Below are positions 10,536 through 21,172 of a DNA stretch of 64,000 bases, piece by piece. Within the stretch, counting starts at the first letter, position 1; the number at the start of each line of letters is the position of its first letter. The stretch comes from a virus (Duplodnaviria > Caudoviricetes), in IMG/VR virus record IMGVR_UViG_3300029448_000025, positions 653 through 64,652 of that record; one strand, 5' to 3'. A model generated the notes under the pieces. The model ran no database searches and was not told the origin of the DNA. It was given only the letters and a program-made list of their open reading frames with translations. Position numbers and translations under genes: made by a program.

Positions 10536-11592
10536 ATGAATGAGGGTGAGCCTATCAAATGGCGTGCGCATTTCAATCAGTTGATTGCCCGACCTATCCC
10601 TGAATCCGAGTTTCCTGAAATCGTCAAAAGAATGTTCGATGACGGACTTATTGCAGTTTTGACTCTCGATGGGTTGAGGTGGTTTAGTGGCCGCTATCGG
10701 GTTTCTGCTAAGGTGGTTCGCGATATGTGGGGCTTAAGTGAGCATCAGTTTAAGAGGTTCAACCGTTGGGTTTATAAGAACGATAGTTTTATGTCAATTA
10801 TACAGGGAGATGAAGAGATATGACCGAAGAAAGCCAACGATATGACATGAAGTTTTATTCACTAAAGGACAATCAAATAATTGAACAATCAATAGACGCA
10901 ACTACTGAGGGCTTTGTCTCCTTTTTGACTGGTTACTTGAGTTCTTGTAACGATATGCTCGTCGGGTTTACTAAGCGTAGTCTGAATCAGGACTCGTTGA
11001 TAAGCGACAAAATAAAATCATTGAAGAATGAAATTAGAAGGATGGAGCAATACTTGAGCGAAGAAACGCTTCAAGAGATGGCGCTACATGATGCGGGGTT
11101 GATTTGAATGCGTAAGTGGGCGGTAGTCGCCAACATGACAAGCGTTGTATTCTGCGACGATGACGGCGAAGCAAACTTTGTCGAGCATTTTTTTGAAGGC
11201 ATGGATTTGCAGTTTAACTTGACCGGCGAAGAAGTCGGTAAAGGATATTTTAGAGCAACCATGCCAAACGGTATTCCGATAATAATTTTCTATGACGACT
11301 GGCGCAAAACCAATTTGAAGGTGAAAGCATGAGTAAGGCATATCGAAAGCACGCAGTCGCTAAAGCGGTTGAGACATGGGATATTTCAGAATGGTTTAGC
11401 GCAGATTCTATTTTGCCGAAAGCACATGAGGCTCTCCCGCAGAGCCATATGTCTATCAATGTGTATGCTGTCGCCAAAGCATTAACGGTTCTTGAATCGA
11501 AGGGTGTTTTGACTTCACGCAAAAGCGGCGGAGTGAAAGAGTATTCTCGCATAGAAGGTGTTTGGGATGGGCGTTCTCATTTTCACGCATGA
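10536..11592 (+). CDS. Four small hypothetical ORFs (10536-10823, 10820-11107, 11108-11332, 11329-11592; the last is wHTH-like)
   Basis: Coupled ORFs; the last has AVAKALTVLESKGVL...KEYSR. Confidence 0.65.
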
Positions 11593-12223
11593 TGCTAAGA
11601 AGTATCGAGTCGGAGATTATGTCGAAGGCTCGGAGGTTGTTTGCGCACCCAATGTCGAAGGATTAACAGTGATAGTCCATAAGAAGAATCCGACAGCAAA
11701 AGAATGTCTCGACTGGTTGCCGTATATCTCATACCGCATGGTTTGGGTTTGCGCAAAACCCCCGAAAATCAAAAAGAATGATTCAGTGATAATTGACGGT
11801 CGCTTTGAACAATCAGATTACACACGCAGTATCGACGCAACGATGCGTTGGCGGGATAGGTCGAAAGCAAAAGAAGAATGTGAGAAAGTGCCTATTCCCC
11901 TGATGCTCTCCTTTCTGCGTGAAAACAATAAGGATATTGAACTTTGGCGCACACTCGCAAAATCATTTACCCATGTTCCTGAATCGTTTCAACAGAACCT
12001 AATTGCCTTTGCGCATAAACCAGTTCGCAGAATGGCGTGGCCCAAGAAAAAGAGAAGTGATGAAACGATACTCCCTTTGGGTGTGCGTAGTAGTGATTTG
12101 TATTGGCAAAGGATAATCGAGAATAGTCGAGAAGCGGCAAATGATTTACGCAGAACGGAAAAGGATGCTTTGCCCAAAGGTGTAAAAAAGCGTGCGCAGA
12201 AAAAAATAGAGGATTGGTTGTAA
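11567..12223 (+). CDS. Hypothetical protein with C-terminal PIP box, possible degenerate clamp-loader large subunit
   Basis: Ends QKKIEDWL, matching Qxx(L/I/M)xx-aromatic-hydrophobic. Confidence 0.45.
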   Translation: MGVLIFTHDAKKYRVGDYVEGSEVVCAPNVEGLTVIVHKKNPTAKECLDWLPYISYRMVWVCAKPPKIKKNDSVIIDGRFEQSDYTRSIDATMRWRDRSKAKEECEKVPIPLMLSFLRENNKDIELWRTLAKSFTHVPESFQQNLIAFAHKPVRRMAWPKKKRSDETILPLGVRSSDLYWQRIIENSREAANDLRRTEKDALPKGVKKRAQKKIEDWL

Positions 12224-12422
12224 TGTATTATCAACAGTGCATGATACTGCAAGTAATAATTTTCATACTTGTATTCTTTCTGCGCTTTGCTTTCGCAGTT
12301 CTGTTTCATGTCGGCAACAAACCTTCTTTCAAGAAAGGGGGCGGTGTTGCGCAAGGTGTGCCGTCATATGTGTGGTATAATTTGGGCGAGGATTAAAATA
12401 ACAACGATACTTAGCCCGTAAT

Positions 12423-13750
12423 GTGGCGAAGAACAACGGTAAAGTCCGTCGCCTGATTGCGCAGATTCTATTTTCAGAAGGGCCGATGACAAGAGCAAGA
12501 GTTTGCGAGCGATTGCATGAGTTGGGTATGTTCCGAGAAGTGCCGAGCGAATCAAGTCTTGCGGCACTGATTAGCAAAAATACGCAGGTTGTATCGGTCG
12601 GCCACACCAAAATTGAACTTAGCAACGGTGCGAGAGTCAATAACATGGTCTTCGATGTCGATAGAGAATTAGTCAAAGAAGAACGAGATTTGATGCTCAC
12701 TCGACCATACTCAAGCATGACAACCGTTGAAAGAAAGTGTGCGGTTCGATGCCCCGAATGCCGACAAATGAGAATAATAGAAGAGAAGTTTGGGTCTTGT
12801 CTTATATGTCTCCGGCGTGCGGTTTAATAGGGCATGGGTCAAAGCATACACCATGAAACAATTACTTCACATCGGTTCTAAAGAATACGATTACAAGAAT
12901 CCCTCTTATGCTTGCGGTGAACCCATAACTCATAATCCTAATATGACAGACGCAGATGCTATGGCTCTGCGCAAATGCCCTAAGTGTTTCCCCAATGGGT
13001 TCACTGCGAAGGTTGGTGCTTCGCGCACTTTTGTTGAAGAGGAACCAACCAAGAAGTCTAAGGTTGTAGAAGGGTTGCGTGAAAGAGGAATAGGGGGTTG
13101 GCTCTAATGGTTGCCGGACAAGAACCGAATGCTACTTACGCAGACGACATGGATTCAAGCGTTTATGATATTCTGCGCCAAAGAGTGCCGATACAAATAG
13201 CGATAGACTGGCTCATAGATTACATCAGAAAATGGCCCGAAGAAGACATTTACTATCATTTGGCAGAAGCAGTTTACCATGACGCAGAACCCATATTGGA
13301 GGAATTATCAGATGAATACTGAAAGCAACTACACAGTAAAACAAGTATTTAACGCACTGCGTTATATCAGAAGCAGAATCAACGCAAACGACTTCATGGA
13401 GTTATTTTTCCCCGAAGAAGAGTTTGACGACTACCATGTGAAGAAGTGGGAGATGTTCAGAGATGACATATGCGGTTTTTGGTGTTATTCGGATTATGAC
13501 AGACAGGCTACTATCCACCGACTTGTTGAAGAATCAGTAAGGGATTGATAATATGGTTGAAATAACAGAAGAACAGCGCATACAACTAATTCAAGGCATT
13601 GAGACTCTTGCCGATATAAGCGGCAAATATAGCGAAACTGTTACATTGGCATTTGACGCAATAGACATTATCAAGCGAATGGGTAGAATAGACCTCGCTC
13701 TAATTCTTCTCGACCGACTCAATAAAATTATAGGAGTTGCGCAGGAATGA
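12423..13750 (+). CDS. Small ORFs: wHTH plus Zn ribbon (12423-12827), Zn-finger (12853-13107), 13098-13322, 13312-13548, 13553-13750
   Basis: Coupled ORFs with CPEC/CLIC and CPKC motifs; TTTAATAG box at ~12823. Confidence 0.6.
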
Positions 13751-14355
13751 CTCTCATAATAGGTATTGCAGGGCGTATGCGCACAGGAAAATCAAGTCTT
13801 GCGCAGTTGCTTGAGGAATACCTTTCGCAGACACATACAACAATGACATTTTCATTTGCAGAAGCAGTGCGTCAAGAAGTGGCGCAGTCTATTTGGTCTA
13901 AACACAGAAAAATGGAGGCGAGGTATATGTTGTCTCGGCATGAGTCCGAACATAAGGAGTCGGTTCGCCCACTACTACAAGCATTGGGTCAAGCAAAGCG
14001 ACAAATGGTTGATGAAGACTATTGGGTTGATGCGGTGCAAGACTCCATCAATCGTCAAGGTGAAACATCAATCGCAATCATAGACGATGTGCGCCATCAT
14101 AACGAGGCAGACTTCTGCATCAAACATGGCATTCTTATCAGACTGCGTGCGCACGAAAGCACATTGATTGAGAGAGGTGCGATTCCTGAAAGACTTGCGC
14201 ACTACTCGGAAAACGCTATGAAAAACCCATCCTCTCAAGAATTACGCAAACCGCATAGAGTCTTAACTCTCGATACTGCGGGTCTTTCACCAAAAGGTAT
14301 GCTCAAAGCATTGCGCCCTTTCATTGACGAATTGGTTGAAGGTGAGTTTGAATGA
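13747..14355 (+). CDS. Deoxynucleoside monophosphate kinase-like P-loop kinase
   Basis: IIGIAGRMRTGKS, SFAEAVRQEV, RPLLQALG, DYWV, IIDDVRHHNEA. Confidence 0.75.
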   Translation: MTLIIGIAGRMRTGKSSLAQLLEEYLSQTHTTMTFSFAEAVRQEVAQSIWSKHRKMEARYMLSRHESEHKESVRPLLQALGQAKRQMVDEDYWVDAVQDSINRQGETSIAIIDDVRHHNEADFCIKHGILIRLRAHESTLIERGAIPERLAHYSENAMKNPSSQELRKPHRVLTLDTAGLSPKGMLKALRPFIDELVEGEFE

Positions 14356-14533
14356 TTCAACGATTTGTCAAATGGTTTCTGCGCAAAAAGGGTGTTGCTA
14401 TATGCCACCTATGCAACGAACCAACACTGAACCTGATGAGTGATAAATTGACTTGCTACGGTTGCGAACATGAAGTCATGGGTTATGAACATGAACATGA
14501 CGCAATCCTTGAAATGCTTTACGGAGATGGTGT

Positions 14534-15436
14534 TTGATGAGCAGTATTTGGTGGGAAAAGCACCGGCCTTCGGGCCTCAAAGGGTTTGTCGGTCAAGAGC
14601 ATTTGATGGGCGAGATGAAGAAAATTGCCTATGAGAATGCGCCGATGCAACACTTCATATTCAACTCCGTAGAAGCCGGAACTGGCAAAACAACTCTCGC
14701 ATATATCCTCGCTCGGATGAAAGGTTTTGAGGTTGCGCACTTCAATGCTTCATCGAAGAGAACAAGAGGTATTGAGTTCATCGAAGACGACATCATACCG
14801 CTTGCGCAAAGCGGTTTAAACGAACTGATTATACTTCTCGATGAAGCAGACCAATTGACTCCTGCGGCGCAAAGCGCACTAAAGGGTGTCATAGAAGGCG
14901 CATCATGCTTTTTCATCCTTACATGCAACGACCTGAGCAAAGTTTCCCGTTGGCTTCAATCTCGATGTCAAGTGCGCACTTTCAACAAACACACGCAAAC
15001 GGACATCATCAAGGTGATGAACAAAATACTTTTCTCGGAGGGATTGAGTGTAGATGAAGAAAACCTCAAGACCATAGCAAATTGCCATGACGGGGATTTG
15101 CGCAATAGCATAGGCGCACTTCAAGCATATTCAACTCTCAACCCCGCAGAAGGACTAAACTTCTTACTGCGCATGAATGAAGGTTTTGATGCTCGGCGGT
15201 TTTTGCGCTTAACTACAAAAGAAAAGAGTATCACCGACGCAGTTAAACTGGTGGGCAACATGAACATAAGAAAGTTAATCCGTAGCGTTTTCGACTACGC
15301 AGTTTCAAGCAACGCCAAACCTGAGATGATTCGCTCAGTCATAGAATCCTGCGTGGTTTCCGAGAGAGATATGGTTAATGGCGTAGATGAGAAAATAGTC
15401 CTGTATGATTTTGCGAGAATGCTCTCATTGGGCTAA
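14534..15436 (+). CDS. rfcS: Replication factor C small subunit (clamp loader)
   Basis: WWEKHRP...VGQ, GTGKTT, FNAS..RGI, LLDEADQLT..AQ.AL, FILTCN, LQSRC, GDLR. Confidence 0.92.
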   Translation: MMSSIWWEKHRPSGLKGFVGQEHLMGEMKKIAYENAPMQHFIFNSVEAGTGKTTLAYILARMKGFEVAHFNASSKRTRGIEFIEDDIIPLAQSGLNELIILLDEADQLTPAAQSALKGVIEGASCFFILTCNDLSKVSRWLQSRCQVRTFNKHTQTDIIKVMNKILFSEGLSVDEENLKTIANCHDGDLRNSIGALQAYSTLNPAEGLNFLLRMNEGFDARRFLRLTTKEKSITDAVKLVGNMNIRKLIRSVFDYAVSSNAKPEMIRSVIESCVVSERDMVNGVDEKIVLYDFARMLSLG

Positions 15437-15495
15437 AATCGTTGGGTTTATATGGATAACAGGATAAGGACAGAATACAACGGAAGTGAAATACC

Positions 15496-16731
15496 ATGAT
15501 TGAACAGAAAATTATTGATAGAGTCGCAAAGAACATCGGATGCCCTGTTGAGCAATTGCTCGCAAAGCACGCTACGGTTCTTTCGGCCAACCAAGCAAAC
15601 CTTGAGGCTACGGGCCTCGGACAAGAAGACATTGACATGAAGTGCCTAAGAATGGCGGCGGCAGAACTGCGTGTAGTAAGCGCACGCCTCGCTAAATCAG
15701 GTTGCGAAGCAATCGAAGGCATGTTCATCAGTGTGCCTCGCGTTAAAGACTTCGCCAAAGGCCAATATGAGCGTATGAAAACTAATCTCATGGGCCTCGA
15801 TGAAGAAGCACGCATAGGTCTTGTTGCGCAGGGCGCAGTCGCACTATACTTGAATGACGATGTGAACGGCGGTTTCCGCTATATCTATAATCCGACTCTT
15901 GAATACAAGCGAGACTTCGCCGCAGAATCCGAGGAAAAGAACTCAGAGGCTTTGCCAAAGGCCGCTATGGATATTAACGACGGCACAGGACACTTTGTTC
16001 TTATTGCCGACAAATCCTCCCCCACATGGCCCAACGGCGGCGCAAACTTTCGATACGGTCGCTACAAGCAACAATCGGAACCAATGCGAGACTGCTTATT
16101 CTTGGGTCGAACAAAGGACAATCAAACAGTCCGACCAATCAAGGTGCGCTTCAACGGCGAAGACTCATACACAGACCACCCCACATATGTAACCGGAACA
16201 ATCCCTGCTAAAATGGGTCGTGATGGCAAAACTGCTTATGCGAAGAAGGGCGTTTCTGTTTTCAATGCCGATGAATCCCTCATCAGTCTCTTTGAATCCC
16301 CTCCTTTGGACTCAGAAGGCAATGGGCTTTTGCCTGAACATGGCGTAACTCCCCTCTCCGGTTTGGGCGACCTTGAAGGTTGGCTCACTTCTCTCTCTGA
16401 TAAGGAAAAGTGGGATGCTCTCTGCGCACTACCTCTTGAGGTTGCGCACATTGACCCAAGAGAAAAAGGTGGCTACATCATTACTCTCGCAGACCTCGAC
16501 ATCACCTCACCGATTCCTCCGATTGACCTATGGGTTTCTAAAGAAGAAGAGTCGAAAGTGGACTTCTCGGTTGGTTCTATTGTCGTCGCAGTCGGCGGCG
16601 GTTGGATTGACAAGAATGACGGTATGCCTCGCATGGGTGTCTCCGGTTGGTGGGTCATGGATGCAATCGAAGGTGTCGCTCAAGAAGAAGTAGTTCTCGA
16701 TGACTCAACGGCAGAAGAGAGTGGATGGTGA
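15496..16731 (+). CDS. Probable OB-fold ssDNA-binding (RPA-like) protein
   Basis: Sits between RFC and the recombinase; beta-rich with an acidic C-terminal tail ending in W; own TTTATA box. Function inferred from context. Confidence 0.5.
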   Translation: MIEQKIIDRVAKNIGCPVEQLLAKHATVLSANQANLEATGLGQEDIDMKCLRMAAAELRVVSARLAKSGCEAIEGMFISVPRVKDFAKGQYERMKTNLMGLDEEARIGLVAQGAVALYLNDDVNGGFRYIYNPTLEYKRDFAAESEEKNSEALPKAAMDINDGTGHFVLIADKSSPTWPNGGANFRYGRYKQQSEPMRDCLFLGRTKDNQTVRPIKVRFNGEDSYTDHPTYVTGTIPAKMGRDGKTAYAKKGVSVFNADESLISLFESPPLDSEGNGLLPEHGVTPLSGLGDLEGWLTSLSDKEKWDALCALPLEVAHIDPREKGGYIITLADLDITSPIPPIDLWVSKEEESKVDFSVGSIVVAVGGGWIDKNDGMPRMGVSGWWVMDAIEGVAQEEVVLDDSTAEESGW

Positions 16732-16737
16732 TTTTGA

Positions 16738-17694
16738 ATGGCAAACGCATGGGCAAAGGCAAAAACTGCGCAGAAAGACACACAGACGGACAAAGCGCCA
16801 ATGCGTGATATGAAAGCGCACTACGCAGAATTGTTTGCGAAGAAGCGTTCCCGCACGCAAAGCATCAGAATGGCTCTCGTCGGAAAAGAAAATACGGCGA
16901 AGACCGGATTAGCAGTCTCTATTGCTCGCCAACACATCGGCGCAGAAAAGGGCATTGTCATATTCGATGTCGATAACTCCGCAGTCCAAACAGTAGCGGC
17001 AAACTACGCAGACGATGAGAACATAACAATCATCCCTCTCTATGATGAACTGGATGATACTATTTTCAACGCAGACAACTCAACAAACTACACTGCGCTC
17101 GTTGATAAAATGACCTATTTCATTAACATTGTTGCGCAGAAGTGCAGGGATGGAGAAGTCGGCGCAGTTATCATGGATGGCATGTCTTCATTCCTTAAGT
17201 GGTGCGAGTTCGCAATGACCGATGTTTTACTCAACCGTTCTAATAATCCTGTCAATGTCGATGACGGAGACAAGTTTAATCAGGCCGAGTGGCGCATCCG
17301 TAACAAACTGTTCAAGGATGTAGTCAATCGGGCGCATCAACTACCTGTTGATGCAGTATTCTACAACTTTCACTTGAAGGACAAGAAGCAATTTGCAGAC
17401 CTCGGAAACGGACAAAAAGGACTTATGAAAATCGGTGAAGAACCGGAATGGGATAAAGGAACTATGCGCTTGTTTTCACAGCAACTATGGATGACTCGAT
17501 ACACTAAGAAAGGCGACCTCGCCGCAGGTGTCAAGGCAGACAAGACTCTCAAGGACAACGAATGGCAAATTAGAGCCTCAATCGAAGAAATGAAGGGCTT
17601 CAACATGGAGCATCTCGGTAAAGACTACACCGTTTTGACCGTAGCAGACGGCGCAGTTGATTGGGCCGGACTACCTTTCTTGACATGGGGTTGA
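16738..17694 (+). CDS. RecA-superfamily ATPase (RadA/Sak4-like recombinase)
   Basis: ALVGKENTAKT (Walker A), IFDVD, VIMDG (Walker B). Confidence 0.7.
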   Translation: MANAWAKAKTAQKDTQTDKAPMRDMKAHYAELFAKKRSRTQSIRMALVGKENTAKTGLAVSIARQHIGAEKGIVIFDVDNSAVQTVAANYADDENITIIPLYDELDDTIFNADNSTNYTALVDKMTYFINIVAQKCRDGEVGAVIMDGMSSFLKWCEFAMTDVLLNRSNNPVNVDDGDKFNQAEWRIRNKLFKDVVNRAHQLPVDAVFYNFHLKDKKQFADLGNGQKGLMKIGEEPEWDKGTMRLFSQQLWMTRYTKKGDLAAGVKADKTLKDNEWQIRASIEEMKGFNMEHLGKDYTVLTVADGAVDWAGLPFLTWG

Positions 17695-17951
17695 GTAATT
17701 GAACCCTAAGAAGCGTGTAAAACGCGTCTTTATGCAAAGTAAGACGGCGGGTAAAATACACTACGCCGTCGAATGTGCGCAAGAAGGTAAACTTTCATAC
17801 ATACTATGTCGGGGTTTCCCGTCAATAGGTAATCATACTCATGCGCATTCTGCCGAAGGTTCAGAATGTGCGCAGTGTCTCCGCGTCTTGAAAAAGACGC
17901 TACGGCAGAACAGCGACAGGTTTATATTGATTAAGGATGGAGGGATAGAAC

Positions 17952-18785
17952 ATGATGAAAATTGATGTATCAGACTTAACCTCTATGCTAAAAATGGCCC
18001 GACGCATGAACAATGTCGGCGGTAAACTTCTTGAGCAAGTGAAAGGAGCAGTCATAATTTATGACGGCGAAAAAAATGTTGCTCAGACGACAAACATAGT
18101 GCGTGATGGCAAAACAAGCATTGCGCAAATGTCCTGTAACCTTTCGGAAAAGAATGAAGAAAGTGGCAGGTTGGTTATTTCCGATATTGCGCAAACTCTC
18201 GACGCTCTGAAAAAACACAGTGGCGTAGTATCGTTGAGCAATGATAACGGCAAATTGATTATCATTTCAACTAAGCGCAGAACCACACTTGTAAGCGACG
18301 AGCGAGCGAAAGCATTCCCGCACACCAAAAAAACGGTTATGCAGTGGTCTGAGGATAGCACAGAACGATGGGGCATATCTATGGGTAAAATCCATGAAGG
18401 AATATACACCGTCAAGGGAACAGATGAATTGAAACCTGTATTTTCTGCCGATGTTGATGTCGGGGAATTGTTGTCTGCTTTAGACTGCGGGAATATGAAC
18501 GGCCAAAAAGTGAGCGAATACACCTTTCGCACTCTTGACAAGGATTTATCCGTAACAGTTGGCGCAGAACTCAAGGGCCAAACCACATCCTCTTTATCAA
18601 CCAAGTTTCATGCCTCTAAAAAGGATGTTGAAACGACGGTATCGGGTGGTTTAGAGCATGTATTGCGCAGTAGTAAATCAAAGACTGCTCGACTAAGGCT
18701 ATTTGACTTCACCCAATACGGCGCAGGAATTGCTTTGTCATTAGTCTGCGCAGACTTTGCGTTGTTTCAAAGAGAGGTTGTTTGA
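17952..18785 (+). CDS. Divergent DNA sliding clamp (PCNA-like)
   Basis: 277 aa with two similar beta-alpha-beta halves; genome encodes RFC and PolB. Confidence 0.6.
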   Translation: MMKIDVSDLTSMLKMARRMNNVGGKLLEQVKGAVIIYDGEKNVAQTTNIVRDGKTSIAQMSCNLSEKNEESGRLVISDIAQTLDALKKHSGVVSLSNDNGKLIIISTKRRTTLVSDERAKAFPHTKKTVMQWSEDSTERWGISMGKIHEGIYTVKGTDELKPVFSADVDVGELLSALDCGNMNGQKVSEYTFRTLDKDLSVTVGAELKGQTTSSLSTKFHASKKDVETTVSGGLEHVLRSSKSKTARLRLFDFTQYGAGIALSLVCADFALFQREVV

Positions 18786-19478
18786 TGGCTTTAATAGACC
18801 TCTCGACTATCTACTCTACAAAATCTGTAAAGTGGTTGCATAATTTACATAACTCGCATTTCAAAAACCTGACAATAACGGAGACTGAGTATGTTCTCAG
18901 TCAAATGGGCGAAGTAATGTCTATGCGCAAACTCGGCAGAAAAATAGGTTTGATGGCTACAATCATTTATGAGTTTGAAATAGGTGAACAATTTAGCGCA
19001 GAAAAACTAAATCAGAGGGCGCGCAAATACATTTGCGATAAAATGTCTTTGACAAACGACAGCGTGGGTGCTATTCTGCGCCTATTCAAAAAGTGGGGCG
19101 TAGTCCACCGAGAGCCTAAATTGGTCGGCGGTCGAGTAACATACATAAGGATGAGATAAAATGAAAATAAACTTTAAATGCTTAAATTGCGAAAATATGA
19201 TTAACATTGAATTGGGAGAAAAAGGTAGCGGCGCTCAGGTTTCCTGTAACTACAATGGGTGCGGGGCGATTATGCGCATTGACGCAGAATTAACTCCCGC
19301 AGAAAGAGATGAGAGATACAGAGATGCCGACTGGCTCGGACTGAACTACGGAACAATGGGTCGCAGTATGGCGAGCATAGCCAAAGAATGTAGAGTATCT
19401 CCTATGACAATCCAACACTGGTTGCAGACGCACGCAATAGAAACACGCAGTCGCGGTCGCCGCAAGAAAGTGGTTTGA
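18782..19478 (+). CDS. wHTH protein (18782-19159) and Zn-ribbon plus HTH protein (19161-19478)
   Basis: VGAILRLFKKWGVV; CLNC...C...C and SMASIAKECRVSPMTIQHWL. Confidence 0.6.
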
Positions 19479-19958
19479 ATGTGCGCAAAGCCCTTATTTG
19501 TCGATTACATATTGACACATGAAGACTTAGAAACGATTTGGGGTTCAGATTTACCCCTCGCTTCTGAAAAGGGCTATCCTGATTTTTTCGATAACATGGT
19601 CTATTGGCTTCTTTGGGCCAATCAAGAACCTATTGCATATACTGCTTCTTTGACGACGCATTATGACGGCAAAAGAAAGTTTGCGTTTGTCGGCAATACC
19701 TATGTGCGCAGTGAATGGCGCAGTAAAGGTTTACACTCGTTTCTTTTGAGTGAGCGCAATTCTGCGCCGCACATGAAAGACCTCGACAAAATTACTATAC
19801 TGAATCCGATTGAAGGAGTCGGTATGGCTCAATTAGAAAGGGTCGTTTCAGGTTTAGGCTATCACAGAATAGATTCTTATTCTCAAGTCGAGGACATTAT
19901 GCCTCGGCAGGTTTATATGAGCATCGAACAAAGAAACATATGGAGGCTTAATTCTTGA
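19479..19958 (+). CDS. GNAT-family acetyltransferase
   Basis: NTYVRSEWRSKGLHSFLL matches the acetyl-CoA-binding motif A. Confidence 0.65.
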   Translation: MCAKPLFVDYILTHEDLETIWGSDLPLASEKGYPDFFDNMVYWLLWANQEPIAYTASLTTHYDGKRKFAFVGNTYVRSEWRSKGLHSFLLSERNSAPHMKDLDKITILNPIEGVGMAQLERVVSGLGYHRIDSYSQVEDIMPRQVYMSIEQRNIWRLNS

Positions 19959-21172
19959 AGAAAATTATACTCGCAGATTGTTTAGATGCTTTGAAAGACA
20001 TGAAAAGTAATTCTGTTGATTCAATCGTTACCGACCCACCATACGGATTATCCTTCATGGGTAAAAAGTGGGATTATGATGTTCCTTCTGTTGAGATTTG
20101 GAGAGAGGCTTTGAGAGTCTTGAAGCATGGAGGACACCTTCTCTCATTTGCGGGTTCTCGCACTTATCACCGTATGGCGGTGAACATTGAAGACGCAGGG
20201 TTTGAAGTGAGGGATATGATTATGTGGGTGTATGGTTCGGGTTTCCCGAAGTCGCATAACATTAGCAAGGCGATAGACAAAACCGCAGGTGCAGAACGGG
20301 AAATTATAGGGTATAACAAATGGGATAATGGCGTCAATTTTTCTCATAGTGGTGGTGGAAAATACCAAGAAAAGTGGGATAAGAGGCAAAAATCACCTAT
20401 CATCGCCCCTGTTACGCCCGAAGCAAAACAATGGGATGGTTGGGGTTCAGCCCTCAAACCGGCCCATGAGCCTATTGTCGTCGCCCGTAAGCCCCTCATC
20501 GGCACTATCGTTGAGAATGTGCTTGAACATGGCACAGGTGGCTTGAACATTGATGGTTGCCGAGTCGGAGATTTTACAAATACTCAATTTTCGGGGATGA
20601 ACAGGTGGAATGATTTTAGGCATGGGGAGGGTAAATACGAAACAGAAGAAACAGTCAATGTCAAAGAAGGCAGGTTCCCTGCTAATTTCATTCACGATGG
20701 CTCGGATGAAGTAGTGAATCTATTCCCCTCAAACAAAAGCACCAAAAGACCCCCTTCCAAAAAAACAAATACAAGCAACGGTTTAACGCATGGGAAAATA
20801 AAGGGGTTGGCAACAGAACGGGGTTTCGACGATAGCGGTTCCGCCGCCCGATTCTTTTACTGCGCCAAAGCGAGCAAAGCCGAGCGAAGCGCAGGACTTG
20901 AAAACAACATACACCCAACGGTAAAGCCCGTCGCTCTGATGAAATACCTTTGCCGACTTGTTACGCCGCCAAACGGTATTGTTCTTGACCCGTTCATGGG
21001 TTCAGGAACAACAGGAATAGCGGCGTTGGCGGAAGACTTTTCATTTATAGGAGTGGAGAGAGACTCCCAATACTTTGAGATTGCGCAGAAGCGATTATCA
21101 CATATTTCAGAAGAAGTTGAGCGACATGAAGAAGTGCGCAGAAAACATGAAGAAAGGGTTGATTTATTTTGA
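19955..21172 (+). CDS. DNA N6-adenine/N4-cytosine methyltransferase (beta class)
   Basis: VTDPPY, HPTVKP, LDPFMGSGTTG. Confidence 0.93.
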   Translation: MKKIILADCLDALKDMKSNSVDSIVTDPPYGLSFMGKKWDYDVPSVEIWREALRVLKHGGHLLSFAGSRTYHRMAVNIEDAGFEVRDMIMWVYGSGFPKSHNISKAIDKTAGAEREIIGYNKWDNGVNFSHSGGGKYQEKWDKRQKSPIIAPVTPEAKQWDGWGSALKPAHEPIVVARKPLIGTIVENVLEHGTGGLNIDGCRVGDFTNTQFSGMNRWNDFRHGEGKYETEETVNVKEGRFPANFIHDGSDEVVNLFPSNKSTKRPPSKKTNTSNGLTHGKIKGLATERGFDDSGSAARFFYCAKASKAERSAGLENNIHPTVKPVALMKYLCRLVTPPNGIVLDPFMGSGTTGIAALAEDFSFIGVERDSQYFEIAQKRLSHISEEVERHEEVRRKHEERVDLF

